Below are positions 1-10,672 of a stretch of 64,000 nt of DNA, piece after piece. The DNA is from Terriglobia bacterium. Lineage in GTDB: Bacteria > Acidobacteriota > Terriglobia > Acidiferrales > UBA7541. The DNA is taken from contig OY968796.1 of the NCBI GenBank assembly GCA_963695545.1, positions 2,688,001 to 2,752,000 on the forward strand. The letters are read 5' to 3'. The notes beneath the pieces are model-generated. The model had not been told where the DNA came from, made no database searches, and was given only the letters and a program-made list of their open reading frames with translations. The position numbers and the translations under genes are program-made. Numbering within the stretch: position 1 is the stretch's first letter; every line of letters starts with the position of its first letter.

Positions 1-885
1 AACGGCCGGTACCGCGACGATATCCGGCGTTTCTGGCGCGGCGACGACGGCATGCTCGGTACATTCGCCAGCCGCATCTGCGGCAGTTCCGACATCTATA
101 CCAAGTCCCGCAAAGGTCCCGAGGGCAGCATCAACTACGTCACGTGCCACGACGGTTTCACTCTGAATGATCTCGTCAGCTACAGTTGCAAGCACAACGA
201 AGCCAACGGAGAAAACAACCGCGACGGCACGGATGCCAACTACAGCCAGAACTACGGCACCGAAGGCGAAACCCGAGACGCCGAAATCGAGGCGCTGCGG
301 AATCGCCAGATCAAGAATTTCCTTTTGACCCTGTTTATCTCCCGCGGCATCCCCATGCTGCTCGGTGGCGACGAATTTCGCCGCACGCAATCCGGCAATA
401 ACAATGCCTACTGCCAGGACAACGAAATGAGCTGGCATGATTGGGACTGCGTCAAGAAGCACGAGGAAATCTTTCGCTTCACGCAGGGCATGATCGCTTT
501 TCGCAGCGCGCATCCCGTCCTGAGCGAGGAACATTTCTACACCGACACGGACATTCATTGGTTTGGTCCGCAAGGCGGATTGCCCAACTGGACCGATCCG
601 CAAGATAAAATATTCGGCTGCTTGATTCCGGAAGACGCGGACGGCGCTCTTTTCCTTATGTTCAACGCCGGCACCACTGAAACCGAATTCAATCTGCCTC
701 CGCCCCCTCAGGACCTCCGCTGGTATCGAGCAATCGATACTTCCGCCGCCACGCCGCAGGACTTGCTCGCGCCGGGCCAGGAACCGCTGGTGGATCACTC
801 AAAACCATATCGTCTGGAATCGCGCACCAGCGCGATACTTCTGGCGCGCAAGCCGGGCCCCGTCGCAGGAGGCGCGTCCGCATGA
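1..885 (+). CDS. glgX: Glycogen debranching enzyme (GH13), 5'-truncated by the window edge
   Basis: Frame open from base 1 (NGRYRDDIRRFWRGD); motifs INYVTCHDGFTLNDLVSY, KHNEANGENNRDG, GIPMLLGGDEFRRTQSGNNNAYCQDN. Confidence 0.95.
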   Translation, partial: NGRYRDDIRRFWRGDDGMLGTFASRICGSSDIYTKSRKGPEGSINYVTCHDGFTLNDLVSYSCKHNEANGENNRDGTDANYSQNYGTEGETRDAEIEALRNRQIKNFLLTLFISRGIPMLLGGDEFRRTQSGNNNAYCQDNEMSWHDWDCVKKHEEIFRFTQGMIAFRSAHPVLSEEHFYTDTDIHWFGPQGGLPNWTDPQDKIFGCLIPEDADGALFLMFNAGTTETEFNLPPPPQDLRWYRAIDTSAATPQDLLAPGQEPLVDHSKPYRLESRTSAILLARKPGPVAGGASA

Positions 886-2483
886 GCGAAAGATCCTCCG
901 GCGTGCTTTTACATCTGACCTCGCTTTCCAATCCCTGCCCCATCGGTGATCTGGGCCCCGCGGCAAACGCCTTTGCGGATTTCTTGGCCGCCAGTGGACA
1001 GCGTTGGTGGCAAATGCTTCCGATCGGTCCGATCGGTGAAGGCGACTCGCCTTACCAATCGCTTTCGGCCTTTGCAGGCAGTCCGCTTCTGCTGAGTCTC
1101 GATCGGTTGGTCGAGCACGGATTTCTCGGACGGCCCGATATCGAGATTCCTGTTTCCGCGGAAAAAGGAAAGGTGGACTATCCCGCCGCGGCGCGCTTGA
1201 AGTTGCCGCTGTTGAAAAAGGCGTTCGACAATTTCGAGAGCCGGGCAAACGGCAGCGGTCAATCCGAATTCGATGCGTTTGTCCGCGCGGAGTCGTTCTG
1301 GCTCGACGATTTTGCGCTGTTCTCGGCGATCCAGACCAAAGAGGGCACTTCCGATTGGACGCGATGGAGCCAAGAGTTGCGAACGCGCGAGCCAGATGCC
1401 GTCACTGGCGCGCGGAAATCTTTCGCCGAAGATATTCGATGCCATCAATTCGTGCAGTGGCAATTCTCCGTGCAGTGGAAGGAGTTCAGGTCCTACTGCG
1501 CTTCCAAAGGAGTATCGCTGATCGGCGATGTACCTTTGTTCGTTGCGCACCACAGCGCCGACGTCTGGGCCCATCCCGGATTTTTCAAATTGGACGCCGA
1601 TGGCAAACCCACTGTGGTCGCGGGAGTTCCTCCCGATTATTTTTCCGCGACGGGCCAGGTTTGGGGCGTGCCGGTGTACCGCTGGGATGCGCTCGCAGCG
1701 CAAAACTACGGCTGGTGGATCGAACGCCTGCGCTCGGCTCTCGCGCGGTTTGACGTGAATCGGCTGGATCATTTCATCGGCTTTGTCCGCACCTATGAAG
1801 TGCCTGCAAAGGACGCGACCGCGGTGAACGGGCACTATCAACCTGGCGGAGGCGCTGCCTTTTTCAACGCTGCGCGCGAGGCACTCGGGACATTACCTTT
1901 CATCGCGGATGATCTCGGCGCCATCACACCGGAAGTCGTGGCTTTGATGGATCAGCTTCAATTTCCGGGCACGCGCGTGCTCCAATTTGAGCTGGCCTCG
2001 ATTCTGCAAACGAATTCGGGTCAGCCGGAACAATTTCCGGCGAGATCGGTCGTCTATACCGGAACCCACGACAACGACACGACGGCGGGTTGGTTTCAGA
2101 AATTGCCGGAAGATCAGCGCAAAGCTCTGCAACAGAAGCTGGGAGTAGATAGCCAGGATATTGTTTGGGCCATGATTCGTGAGGCCATGGCTTCGCAGTC
2201 CGACACCGCAATCATTCCTGTGCAAGATCTCTTGGGGCTCGGAACCGAGGCGCGCATGAATTTCCCTGGAATTGCGGAAGGGAATTGGAAGTGGCGCCTG
2301 ACGGATGGCGCGCTCACGCCGGAGATTGCGCAAAAGCTGCGAAGCGTCACGACGACGTGCGCGCGCCTGGCGAGTGGTGATTCCCACCCTGATTCTCGCC
2401 GTCAGGCGGAAGTCCCGCGCGACGGATCGCGCAGCGAGCCTGCGAACTCTTCGAGCGAACAGGCCGCCGGAGCGGAGAGCTAG
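882..2483 (+). CDS. malQ: 4-alpha-glucanotransferase (amylomaltase, GH77)
   Basis: RSSGVLLHLTSL, WQMLPIGP, SPYQSLSAFAG, GVPPDYFSATGQ, RLDHFIG, YTGTHDNDT, RMNFPG; ATGA overlap with glgX. Confidence 0.95.
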   Translation: MSERSSGVLLHLTSLSNPCPIGDLGPAANAFADFLAASGQRWWQMLPIGPIGEGDSPYQSLSAFAGSPLLLSLDRLVEHGFLGRPDIEIPVSAEKGKVDYPAAARLKLPLLKKAFDNFESRANGSGQSEFDAFVRAESFWLDDFALFSAIQTKEGTSDWTRWSQELRTREPDAVTGARKSFAEDIRCHQFVQWQFSVQWKEFRSYCASKGVSLIGDVPLFVAHHSADVWAHPGFFKLDADGKPTVVAGVPPDYFSATGQVWGVPVYRWDALAAQNYGWWIERLRSALARFDVNRLDHFIGFVRTYEVPAKDATAVNGHYQPGGGAAFFNAAREALGTLPFIADDLGAITPEVVALMDQLQFPGTRVLQFELASILQTNSGQPEQFPARSVVYTGTHDNDTTAGWFQKLPEDQRKALQQKLGVDSQDIVWAMIREAMASQSDTAIIPVQDLLGLGTEARMNFPGIAEGNWKWRLTDGALTPEIAQKLRSVTTTCARLASGDSHPDSRRQAEVPRDGSRSEPANSSSEQAAGAES

Positions 2484-2584
2484 CCGCGCGCAAAACGGGG
2501 AATAGAGATCGTCGCGAATCGATGACAAATAAGCATTCGCGGCAATACGAGATTGGTCTTAACTGGAACAAGGAGAATTGAATC

Positions 2585-4978
2585 ATGAAAACAGAAACAC
2601 TTTCGCTGGCGGTTTCCCCAACTCTTTCCCCGGACCTGCTCCACAAAATTGATGCCTACTGGCGCGCCGCCAACTATGTGTCGGTCGGCCAAATCTATCT
2701 CTACGACAATCCGCTCCTGAAAGAGCCGCTGAAACTGTCGCACGTGAAGCCGCTGGTGGTCGGGCACTGGGGCACGGTGCCGGGCCAGAACTTCATCTAC
2801 GTGCACCTGAACCGGGTCATCAAGAAGTATGACCTGAATATGTTTTACATCGCTGGCCCCGGTCACGGTGGCGCGGCGCTGGTTGGCAACGTCTACCTCG
2901 AAGGCACATGGAGCGAAGTTTATCCGAACGTCACCCAGAATGAGGCCGGACTCAAGGAGCTGTTCAAACAATTCTCGTTTCCCGGCGGAATTTCAAGCCA
3001 CGTCGCGCCGACGACGCCGGGGTCGATTCACGAAGGCGGCGAGTTGGGGTATTCGCTCAGCCACGCCTTCGGAGCTGCGTTCGATAATCCCGACCTGATC
3101 GTCGCCTGCATCATCGGCGACGGCGAATCGGAAACGGCTTCCTTGGCGACGTCGTGGCAGTCCAACAAGTTTCTCGATCCGGTTACCGACGGCGCGGTGC
3201 TTCCGATACTGCACTTAAATGGCTACAAGATCAGCAATCCGACTGTTCTGGCCCGGATCGAACATGAGGAACTGGAGCAATTTCTAAAAGGTTGTGGCTG
3301 GACTCCTTATTTCGTCGAAGGCGATGAGCCGGAAAAGATGCACGAACTGATGGCCAGCACCATGGAAGCGGCAATCGAAGACATCCGGCAAATCCAAAGC
3401 AACGCGCGCACCAAGAACGACGCCGCTCGGCCGCGCTGGCCAATGATCGTCCTCAAGTCGCCCAAAGGCTGGACGGGACCGAAATTCGTCGATGGTCTGC
3501 AAATCGAAGGCACCTTCCGATCGCACCAGGTGCCGCTCCTGGTGGATCCGGAGCATCCCGATCACGTTAAGCTGCTCGAAAACTGGATGAAAAGTTACAA
3601 GGCCGAGGAACTGTTTGATGAAAACGGGCGGCTCATTCCGGAATTGGCCGAACTCGCGCCGAAGGGCGACCGCCGCATGGGCTCCAATCCGCATGCCAAT
3701 GGCGGAATTCTCCTGCACGATCTGCGCATGCCTGACTTTCACGTTCACGCCGTGAATGTGCCTTCGCCCGGCGCCGTCACCGCTGAAGATACGCTCGTGC
3801 TCGGCAGTTTCCTGCGCGACGTCGCCAAGCTGAATCAGGATAAGCGTAATTTTCGTATCTTCGGGCCCGATGAAACAGTCTCGAATCTTCTGGGCGCGGT
3901 TTTTGAAGTCACCAACCGTCAGTGGGACGCGAGGAAAGTAGACAACGACGAATTCCTCGCACCCGCCGGACGCGTGCTGGATTCGATGCTCAGCGAGAAT
4001 CAGTGCGAAGGTTGGCTCGAAGGCTATCTTCTGACCGGGCGGCACGGCCTCTTCAATAGTTACGAGGCTTTCATTCGCATCATCGACTCGATGTTCAGCC
4101 AGCACGCCAAGTGGCTGAAGGTTTGCCTTGAACTTCCGTGGCGTCGAAAAATCTCCTCGCTGAACTATCTGCTCGCTTCCCACGTCTGGCAGCAGGATCA
4201 CAACGGCTTCACGCACCAGGATCCCGGTTTTCTGGATCACGTCGTCAACAAAAAAGCCGACGTCGTGCGCGTTTACCTTCCGGCCGACGCCAATTGCCTG
4301 TTGTCGGTTTTCGATCACTGCCTGCGCAGCCGCAATTACGTGAACGTCGTGGTTGCCGGCAAGCATGCGCTCCCACAGTGGCTCACCATGGACGAGGCGG
4401 TGGTGCACTGCACCGAAGGAATTGGCATCTGGCAATGGGCCAGCAACGATCAAGGCTCCGAGCCGGACGTGGTAATGGCCTGCTGCGGAGACACCCCTAC
4501 GCTTGAGATTTTGGCCGCTGTTTCCATCCTCCGCGAGAAACTGCCCGAGCTGAAAATTCGTGTGGTCAATGTCGTCGATCTCATGAAACTGCAGCCGTCC
4601 ACGGAGCATCCTCACGGGCTGAACGAACGGGACTACGATTCGCTTTTCACCAAAGATAAACACATTATCTTCGGTTTTCACGGATACCCCTGGCTTGTTC
4701 ACCGGCTGACCTACCGCCGCACGAACCGCAACCTCCACGTCCGCGGTTACAAGGAAGAGGGCACCATCACGACTCCCTTTGACATGCGGGTGCAGAACGA
4801 CCTCGACCGATTCCACCTCGTGCAAGACGTCGTGGATCGCCTTCCGCATTTGGGTTCCAAGGGCGCCTACCTGAAGCAGGAAATGCGCGACAAGCTCATC
4901 GAGCACAAACATTACATCGATAAGCACGGCCAGGACCTGCCGGAAATCCGCAACTGGAAGTGGAGCGATCCCAAATGA
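2585..4978 (+). CDS. xfp: Xylulose-5-phosphate/fructose-6-phosphate phosphoketolase
   Basis: [35 protein letters not shown] motif, [21 protein letters not shown] upstream. Confidence 0.97.
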   Translation: MKTETLSLAVSPTLSPDLLHKIDAYWRAANYVSVGQIYLYDNPLLKEPLKLSHVKPLVVGHWGTVPGQNFIYVHLNRVIKKYDLNMFYIAGPGHGGAALVGNVYLEGTWSEVYPNVTQNEAGLKELFKQFSFPGGISSHVAPTTPGSIHEGGELGYSLSHAFGAAFDNPDLIVACIIGDGESETASLATSWQSNKFLDPVTDGAVLPILHLNGYKISNPTVLARIEHEELEQFLKGCGWTPYFVEGDEPEKMHELMASTMEAAIEDIRQIQSNARTKNDAARPRWPMIVLKSPKGWTGPKFVDGLQIEGTFRSHQVPLLVDPEHPDHVKLLENWMKSYKAEELFDENGRLIPELAELAPKGDRRMGSNPHANGGILLHDLRMPDFHVHAVNVPSPGAVTAEDTLVLGSFLRDVAKLNQDKRNFRIFGPDETVSNLLGAVFEVTNRQWDARKVDNDEFLAPAGRVLDSMLSENQCEGWLEGYLLTGRHGLFNSYEAFIRIIDSMFSQHAKWLKVCLELPWRRKISSLNYLLASHVWQQDHNGFTHQDPGFLDHVVNKKADVVRVYLPADANCLLSVFDHCLRSRNYVNVVVAGKHALPQWLTMDEAVVHCTEGIGIWQWASNDQGSEPDVVMACCGDTPTLEILAAVSILREKLPELKIRVVNVVDLMKLQPSTEHPHGLNERDYDSLFTKDKHIIFGFHGYPWLVHRLTYRRTNRNLHVRGYKEEGTITTPFDMRVQNDLDRFHLVQDVVDRLPHLGSKGAYLKQEMRDKLIEHKHYIDKHGQDLPEIRNWKWSDPK

Positions 4979-5130
4979 GCGCGCAAGAGGTTGTAAACAC
5001 CGCCCTGCGTTTTAGTCGGGGGGGCGCCCATCGCACGCTGATCGGCAGTGCCGGCCTGAACGTCGACCAGTTTCTGGCCATCGCCCCGGCGGGGATCAGC
5101 GAGTCGCAAATAAAAGGAGAAGCAGCATGA
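4975..5130 (+). pseudogene. 51-codon remnant ORF ([51 protein letters not shown]), probable deletion scar ending in a triosephosphate-isomerase-like C-terminus
   Basis: ATG overlaps the xfp stop (ATGA 4975-4978) and its TGA overlaps the pgi start (ATGA 5127-5130); [15 protein letters not shown] resembles the TPI C-terminal L(V/I)GGASL...F..I motif. Not in the ORF track. Confidence 0.55.
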
Positions 5131-6761
5131 CCGCAACCGGACAACTCACCGCACGCGCAGCCTGGAAGGCGCTTGAGGCCCATTATCCGAAGATGCGGGA
5201 CCTGCATCTGAGAAAACTTTTCGCGGACGACCCTGCGCGCGGCGAGCGCATGGCGGTCGATGCCGTCGGCATCTACTTCGACTATTCCAAGCATCGCATC
5301 ACCGATGAGACGCTCACGCTCTTGTTGCAGTTGGCGAAGGAGTCCGGACTGCGCGCCCGCATCGACGCGATGTTTCGTGGCGACAAAATCAATGTCACCG
5401 AGAAGCGTGCCGTCCTACATGTGGCCCTGCGCGCTCCGAAGGGGGAATCGATTGTCCTCGACGGCGAAGATGTCGTGCCCGAAGTGCATGCGGTCCTCGA
5501 CAAAATGGCTGCGTTCTCGAATCGCGTGCGCAGCGGCGATTGGAAGGGCCACACCGGAAAACGCATCCGCAATGTGATCAATATCGGCATCGGCGGATCC
5601 GATCTCGGCCCGGTGATGGCCTACGAAGCGCTGCGCTATTACAGCCAGCGCGACATGACTTTCCGCTTCGTCTCCAACGTCGATGGCACCGATTTCGCCG
5701 AGGCCACGCGCGATCTCGACGCAGCCGAGACGCTTTTCATCATTTCGTCGAAAACATTCACGACGCTCGAGACCATGACCAACGCGCATACGGCGCGCGA
5801 TTGGTCGCTCGCGACTTTGAAAGATGATGCCGCTGTCGCGAAACATTTCGTCGCCGTCTCCACCAACGCCGCCGAGGTGGAGAAATTCGGCATCGACACC
5901 GCGAACATGTTCGAGTTCTGGGATTGGGTCGGCGGCCGCTACTCGATGGATTCGGCGATCGGCCTCTCTACAATGCTGGCCATCGGTCCCGACAATTTCC
6001 GAGACATGCTCGACGGCTTCCATCAGATGGACGAGCATTTTCGCTCCACGCCCTTCGAGCGGAATTTGCCCGTGATCATGGGATTGCTCGGCGTCTGGTA
6101 CAACAATTTCTTCGGCGCGCAAACCGTCGCGGTTCTGCCCTACGAGCAGTACCTCAAGCGTTTCCCCGCATACCTCCAGCAGTTGACCATGGAGAGCAAC
6201 GGCAAGCACGTCACGCTCGAGGGCGCCGAGGTCACCTGGCAAACCGGGCCAATTTACTGGGGCGAGCCCGGCACCAACGGCCAGCATTCTTTTTATCAAC
6301 TGATTCATCAGGGCACCAAGCTCATCCCCTGCGATTTCATCGGGTTTTGCGAAACGCTCAACCCCCTGGGCCGCCACCACGATCTGCTGATGGCCAACGT
6401 GTTTGCCCAGGCCGAGGCGCTGGCGTTTGGCAAAACGTCGCAGCAAGTCGAAGCCGAGGGCACGCCCGCGTGGCTCGCGCCGCACAAAACTTTCGAGGGC
6501 AATCGCCCCACGAGCACGATCCTCCTCGATCGATTGACTCCGACGTCGCTCGGAAAACTCGTCGCGCTATATGAACACAGCGTCTTCACTCAAGGCACCA
6601 TCTGGAACATCGATTCGTTCGACCAGTGGGGCGTCGAATTGGGTAAAGCGCTGGCCGTGCGCATCATTCCCGAACTCGAGTCCGGTGCTGCGGCCCAACT
6701 GAAACACGATAGCTCCACCAATACGCTCATCAGTCGTTATAAGAAATCCAAGACTCCGTGA
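5127..6761 (+). CDS. pgi: Glucose-6-phosphate isomerase
   Basis: [62 protein letters not shown]. Confidence 0.98.
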   Translation: MTATGQLTARAAWKALEAHYPKMRDLHLRKLFADDPARGERMAVDAVGIYFDYSKHRITDETLTLLLQLAKESGLRARIDAMFRGDKINVTEKRAVLHVALRAPKGESIVLDGEDVVPEVHAVLDKMAAFSNRVRSGDWKGHTGKRIRNVINIGIGGSDLGPVMAYEALRYYSQRDMTFRFVSNVDGTDFAEATRDLDAAETLFIISSKTFTTLETMTNAHTARDWSLATLKDDAAVAKHFVAVSTNAAEVEKFGIDTANMFEFWDWVGGRYSMDSAIGLSTMLAIGPDNFRDMLDGFHQMDEHFRSTPFERNLPVIMGLLGVWYNNFFGAQTVAVLPYEQYLKRFPAYLQQLTMESNGKHVTLEGAEVTWQTGPIYWGEPGTNGQHSFYQLIHQGTKLIPCDFIGFCETLNPLGRHHDLLMANVFAQAEALAFGKTSQQVEAEGTPAWLAPHKTFEGNRPTSTILLDRLTPTSLGKLVALYEHSVFTQGTIWNIDSFDQWGVELGKALAVRIIPELESGAAAQLKHDSSTNTLISRYKKSKTP

Positions 6762-6828
6762 GCGCGATCTCAAATTTCCCGCTGCCCGCGCCGCTCGCCG
6801 CTCAAGAAAGACAGGAGGAACATTCATT

Positions 6829-9450
6829 ATGAAATCCATTGCCGATCAGCCCAGAGCTCCGGGAGCACAGTCGATTCCAAAGCCTGATGCGCCCCACCCG
6901 AAAGACGATCTGAAAACTCTGCCACTGGCGCAAGTCGAGAAAGAGCTGGGATCATCGCCAGGCGGCCTCAGCCAAGCTGAAGCGCAGAATCGTCTCACGC
7001 AGTACGGCCCGAATGAAATTGCGGAAAAGAAATCCAACCTCTTCCTGAAGTTCCTCTCGTATTTCTGGGGTCCCATCCCCTGGATGATCGAAGGGGCGGT
7101 GATTCTGTCGGGAGTCGTCCGGCACTGGCTGGATTTCTTCATCATTCTCTTTCTGCTCTTTTCCAACGCCTTGGTCGCATTTTGGGAAGAACATCAAGCG
7201 GGCAACGAAATTGCTGCGTTGCGGGCCAAGCTGGCCAGCAAGGCTCGGGTTCTGCGAGATGGAAAGTGGGTCACTCCGGTCGCGCGCGAATTGGTGCCGG
7301 GCGACGTCATCCGTTTGTGCCTCGGCGATATCGTGCCCGCCGACGCGCGCTTGCTCGCCGGCGATCCCGTGCAGGTAGATCAGTCCGCGTTAACCGGCGA
7401 ATCTCTGCCCGCGACGCGCAAACCCGGCGACGCTGTGTTTTCGGGCTCGATTCTCAAGCGCGGCGAAGCCGACGCGCTGGTTTACGCCACGGGCGCGAAA
7501 ACTTACTTCGGCAAGACCGCACAACTGGTCGAAGAGGCGACTACCGTCAGCCATTTCCAGCGTGCCGTGCTCAAAATTGGCGATTACCTGATCGCTCTCG
7601 CGGTAGCGTTAGTCGCGGTGATTGTTACCGTTGCGCTCTTCCGTCACGATCCAATCCTCAGCACGCTGGAGTTCGCTTTGGTCCTTCTGGTGGCCGCGAT
7701 TCCGGTGGCCATGCCCACTGTGCTTTCAGTCACCATGGCCGTCGGAGCGCGTCTGCTTGCAAAAAAACAGGCGATTGTCACCAAACTGTCGGCGATCGAG
7801 GAACTCGCTGGCGTGGATGTGCTGTGCTCTGACAAGACCGGCACCCTTACCCAGAACAAGCTGACACTGGGCGATCCGTTCTGCGCGAACAATGTGCCCG
7901 CCGATCAGATCATTCTTTGGGCCGCCCTCGCTTCGCGCGCGGAAGATAAGGACACGATCGACCTCGCTGTGATCGGCGGCGTGAAGGGCGATAACGCGCT
8001 GAAAACCTTTCAAGTACTCCACTTCCAGCCGTTCGACCCGGTGCATAAGCGCACCGAAGCCACCGTCAAGGGCGCGGACGGAAAACAGTTTTTTGTGGCC
8101 AAAGGCGCGCCGCAGGTGATTCTGGCAATGTCCACTAACGCCGGCGAGGTTAAGCCCGCCGTAGAGACAGCCGTCAATGAGTTTGCCGGACGCGGCTTCC
8201 GTTCCCTGGGCGTGGCCCGCGCGGATCAGGAAAATCAGTGGCAGTTTGTTGGCGTGTTGCCGATGTTCGATCCGCCGCGCGAGCAAGCCAAAGCCACTAT
8301 CGCAAGCGCCCAGAAGATGGGCGTGAGCGTGAAGATGGTTACCGGCGACCAATTGGCGATCGCACAGGAAACGGCCCGCCAATTAGGGATGGGCACGAAC
8401 ATCCTTGATGCCACCGTGCTGCGCGGTTCCAAGAATCCACAGTCACCGCAGTCGGTGACCGCCATCGAAAAAGCGGACGGTTTCGCTCAAGTATTTCCCG
8501 AAGACAAGTACAACATAGTCGACGTCCTGCAAAAGCACGGCCACATGGTCGGCATGACCGGCGACGGCGTCAACGACGCCCCTGCGCTGAAGAAAGCGGA
8601 TTGCGGCATCGCGGTTTCCGGCGCCACCGACGCGGCTCGTGCGGCGGCGTCCATCGTTCTGCTGGCGCCCGGCCTCTCGGTAATCATCGACGCGATCATG
8701 GAGAGCCGCCGCATCTTCCAGCGCATGAATAGCTACGCGATCTACCGCATCGCCGAGACGCTGCGCGTGCTGTTCTTCATGACGCTCGCGATCCTGGTCT
8801 TCAACTTCTATCCGGTGACCGCGGTGATGATCGTGATGATCGCGGTGCTCAATGATGGAGCCATCCTCTCCATTGCGTATGACAATGTTCATTACAAGGA
8901 CAAGCCCGAGGCCTGGAACATGCGCCTGGTGCTCGGAATTTCAACCGTCCTGGGCGTCATGGGCGTCATAGCCGCGTTCGGATTGTTTTATCTTGGCGAG
9001 CGCGTTTTTCACCTGGACCACGGCCGCATCCAAACGTTGATGTATCTGAAGCTTTCCGTAGCCGGACACTTGACCATTTTCCTCACGCGGACGCGCGGGC
9101 CGTTCTGGTCCATCCGTCCGGCGCGGATCCTGTGGGTTGCGGTGCTCGGCACGCAAACTGTGGCCACCCTGATCGCAGTTTACGGATTGTTTATGACGCC
9201 GCTCGGCTGGCGTTGGGCAGGATTCGTTTGGGGATACGCGCTGATATGGGCTCTCGTAAACGATCGCGTGAAGCTGCTCGCGTATCGGATTTTTGATCCT
9301 GTGAAAGCCGCACCTTCGGCCAAGAAGCAGCTCGACCTTACGCCGCAGATCGCGGCGCGGGCCTATGAGCTTTACCAGCAGCGAGTCCATGGCGAAAGCC
9401 AGGCCGATCAAGACTGGCATGAGGCGGAGCGCGAAATTAAGAAAACTTAA
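6829..9450 (+). CDS. Plasma-membrane proton-efflux P-type ATPase (type IIIA) with C-terminal DUF2934-like tail
   Basis: TGES, IPVAMPTVLSVTMAVGA, CSDKTGTLT phosphorylation site, PFDPVHKRT, GDGVNDAPALKKA; tail IAARAYELYQQR...DWHEAEREI. Confidence 0.92.
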   Translation: MKSIADQPRAPGAQSIPKPDAPHPKDDLKTLPLAQVEKELGSSPGGLSQAEAQNRLTQYGPNEIAEKKSNLFLKFLSYFWGPIPWMIEGAVILSGVVRHWLDFFIILFLLFSNALVAFWEEHQAGNEIAALRAKLASKARVLRDGKWVTPVARELVPGDVIRLCLGDIVPADARLLAGDPVQVDQSALTGESLPATRKPGDAVFSGSILKRGEADALVYATGAKTYFGKTAQLVEEATTVSHFQRAVLKIGDYLIALAVALVAVIVTVALFRHDPILSTLEFALVLLVAAIPVAMPTVLSVTMAVGARLLAKKQAIVTKLSAIEELAGVDVLCSDKTGTLTQNKLTLGDPFCANNVPADQIILWAALASRAEDKDTIDLAVIGGVKGDNALKTFQVLHFQPFDPVHKRTEATVKGADGKQFFVAKGAPQVILAMSTNAGEVKPAVETAVNEFAGRGFRSLGVARADQENQWQFVGVLPMFDPPREQAKATIASAQKMGVSVKMVTGDQLAIAQETARQLGMGTNILDATVLRGSKNPQSPQSVTAIEKADGFAQVFPEDKYNIVDVLQKHGHMVGMTGDGVNDAPALKKADCGIAVSGATDAARAAASIVLLAPGLSVIIDAIMESRRIFQRMNSYAIYRIAETLRVLFFMTLAILVFNFYPVTAVMIVMIAVLNDGAILSIAYDNVHYKDKPEAWNMRLVLGISTVLGVMGVIAAFGLFYLGERVFHLDHGRIQTLMYLKLSVAGHLTIFLTRTRGPFWSIRPARILWVAVLGTQTVATLIAVYGLFMTPLGWRWAGFVWGYALIWALVNDRVKLLAYRIFDPVKAAPSAKKQLDLTPQIAARAYELYQQRVHGESQADQDWHEAEREIKKT

Positions 9451-9482
9451 AACTAGCCGTGACGCGATTTCAAGCAGGCGGG

Positions 9483-9501
9483 AAGCGGCGTTGCCGCTTT
9501 T
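9483..9501 (+). terminator. Possible weak intrinsic terminator or processing hairpin after the ATPase gene
   Basis: AAGCGGC-GTT-GCCGCTT hairpin ending in a short T4 run. Confidence 0.3.
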
Positions 9502-9507
9502 CAGAAA

Positions 9508-10551
9508 ATGGAGAATCACATGGAACTGGGAATGATCGGGCTGGGCCGAATGGGAACCAATATGGTGCGACGCCTGCGGAAGGCCGGCCATCAGTGTGTT
9601 GTCTATGACGTTCAAGCGGAAGCCGTGCAAGCGCTCGCCAAAGAGGGAGCGATCGGCGCGACGTCGCTTGAAGATTTCACGAAGAGACTGAAATCCCCGC
9701 GCGCGATCTGGATGATGGTGCCGGCTGCCGTGGTCGATCCGACGCTCGCGACTCTTGTCCCGTTGCTCGAACGCGACGACGTGGTTATCGATGGCGGCAA
9801 CTCCTACTATCATGATGACCTCCGCCGCGCCGGCGAATTGAAACCCAAGGGCATCCACTACGTCGACGTGGGAACCAGCGGCGGCGTGTGGGGCTCGGAG
9901 CGCGGATACTGTTTGATGATCGGCGGTGAACAATCCGTCGTCCAGCGCATCGATCCCATCTTCGCCGCGCTCGCCCCCAACATCGACGAAGCGCCGCGCA
10001 CGCCGGGCCGCGAAAAACTCGGCGGCACCGCCGAACACGGCTATCTGCACTGCGGTCCGAGCGGCGCGGGCCACTTCGTCAAAATGGTCCACAACGGCAT
10101 CGAGTACGGCATGATGGCCGCCTACGCGGAAGGTTTGAACATCCTTCATCATGCCAACGCCGGAAAACAGAAGCGCACCGTCGATGCCGAGACCACGCCG
10201 CTGCGCCACCCCGAGCTCTATCTGTACGACTTAAATCTCGCCGACATCGCCGAGGTCTGGCGCCGCGGGAGCGTCATCGCCTCGTGGCTGCTCGATCTCG
10301 CGGCCATCGCGCTCCTCGATAGCCCGGACCTCGGGAAGTACGCCGGCCGCGTGTCTGACTCGGGCGAAGGCCGCTGGACGATCGAGGCGGCCATCGACGA
10401 ATCGGTTCCGGCGCCGGTCCTGAGCGCCGCGCTGTACGAGCGCTTCAGTTCGCGCGGCGAGGCCGACTTCGCCGACAAGTTGTTGTCCGCGCTTCGTTTC
10501 CAATTCGGCGGCCACAAGGAAAAAGCCGACGTGCAGAAGGCAGGTGGCTAA
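9508..10551 (+). CDS. gnd: Decarboxylating 6-phosphogluconate dehydrogenase (short YqeC type); start may be 9520
   Basis: [50 protein letters not shown]. Confidence 0.95.
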   Translation: MENHMELGMIGLGRMGTNMVRRLRKAGHQCVVYDVQAEAVQALAKEGAIGATSLEDFTKRLKSPRAIWMMVPAAVVDPTLATLVPLLERDDVVIDGGNSYYHDDLRRAGELKPKGIHYVDVGTSGGVWGSERGYCLMIGGEQSVVQRIDPIFAALAPNIDEAPRTPGREKLGGTAEHGYLHCGPSGAGHFVKMVHNGIEYGMMAAYAEGLNILHHANAGKQKRTVDAETTPLRHPELYLYDLNLADIAEVWRRGSVIASWLLDLAAIALLDSPDLGKYAGRVSDSGEGRWTIEAAIDESVPAPVLSAALYERFSSRGEADFADKLLSALRFQFGGHKEKADVQKAGG

Positions 10552-10672
10552 TCACCGCCTCGCGCCGCGCGCCATGGCGTTCCGCCAATCGCACCGTTGT
10601 TTTCGATTGTCTAAGTAGCGCGCGGCGCCTCGAGTGCGGCGTTTCGCAAGACTCACGCGCCAAGTTGAAACC

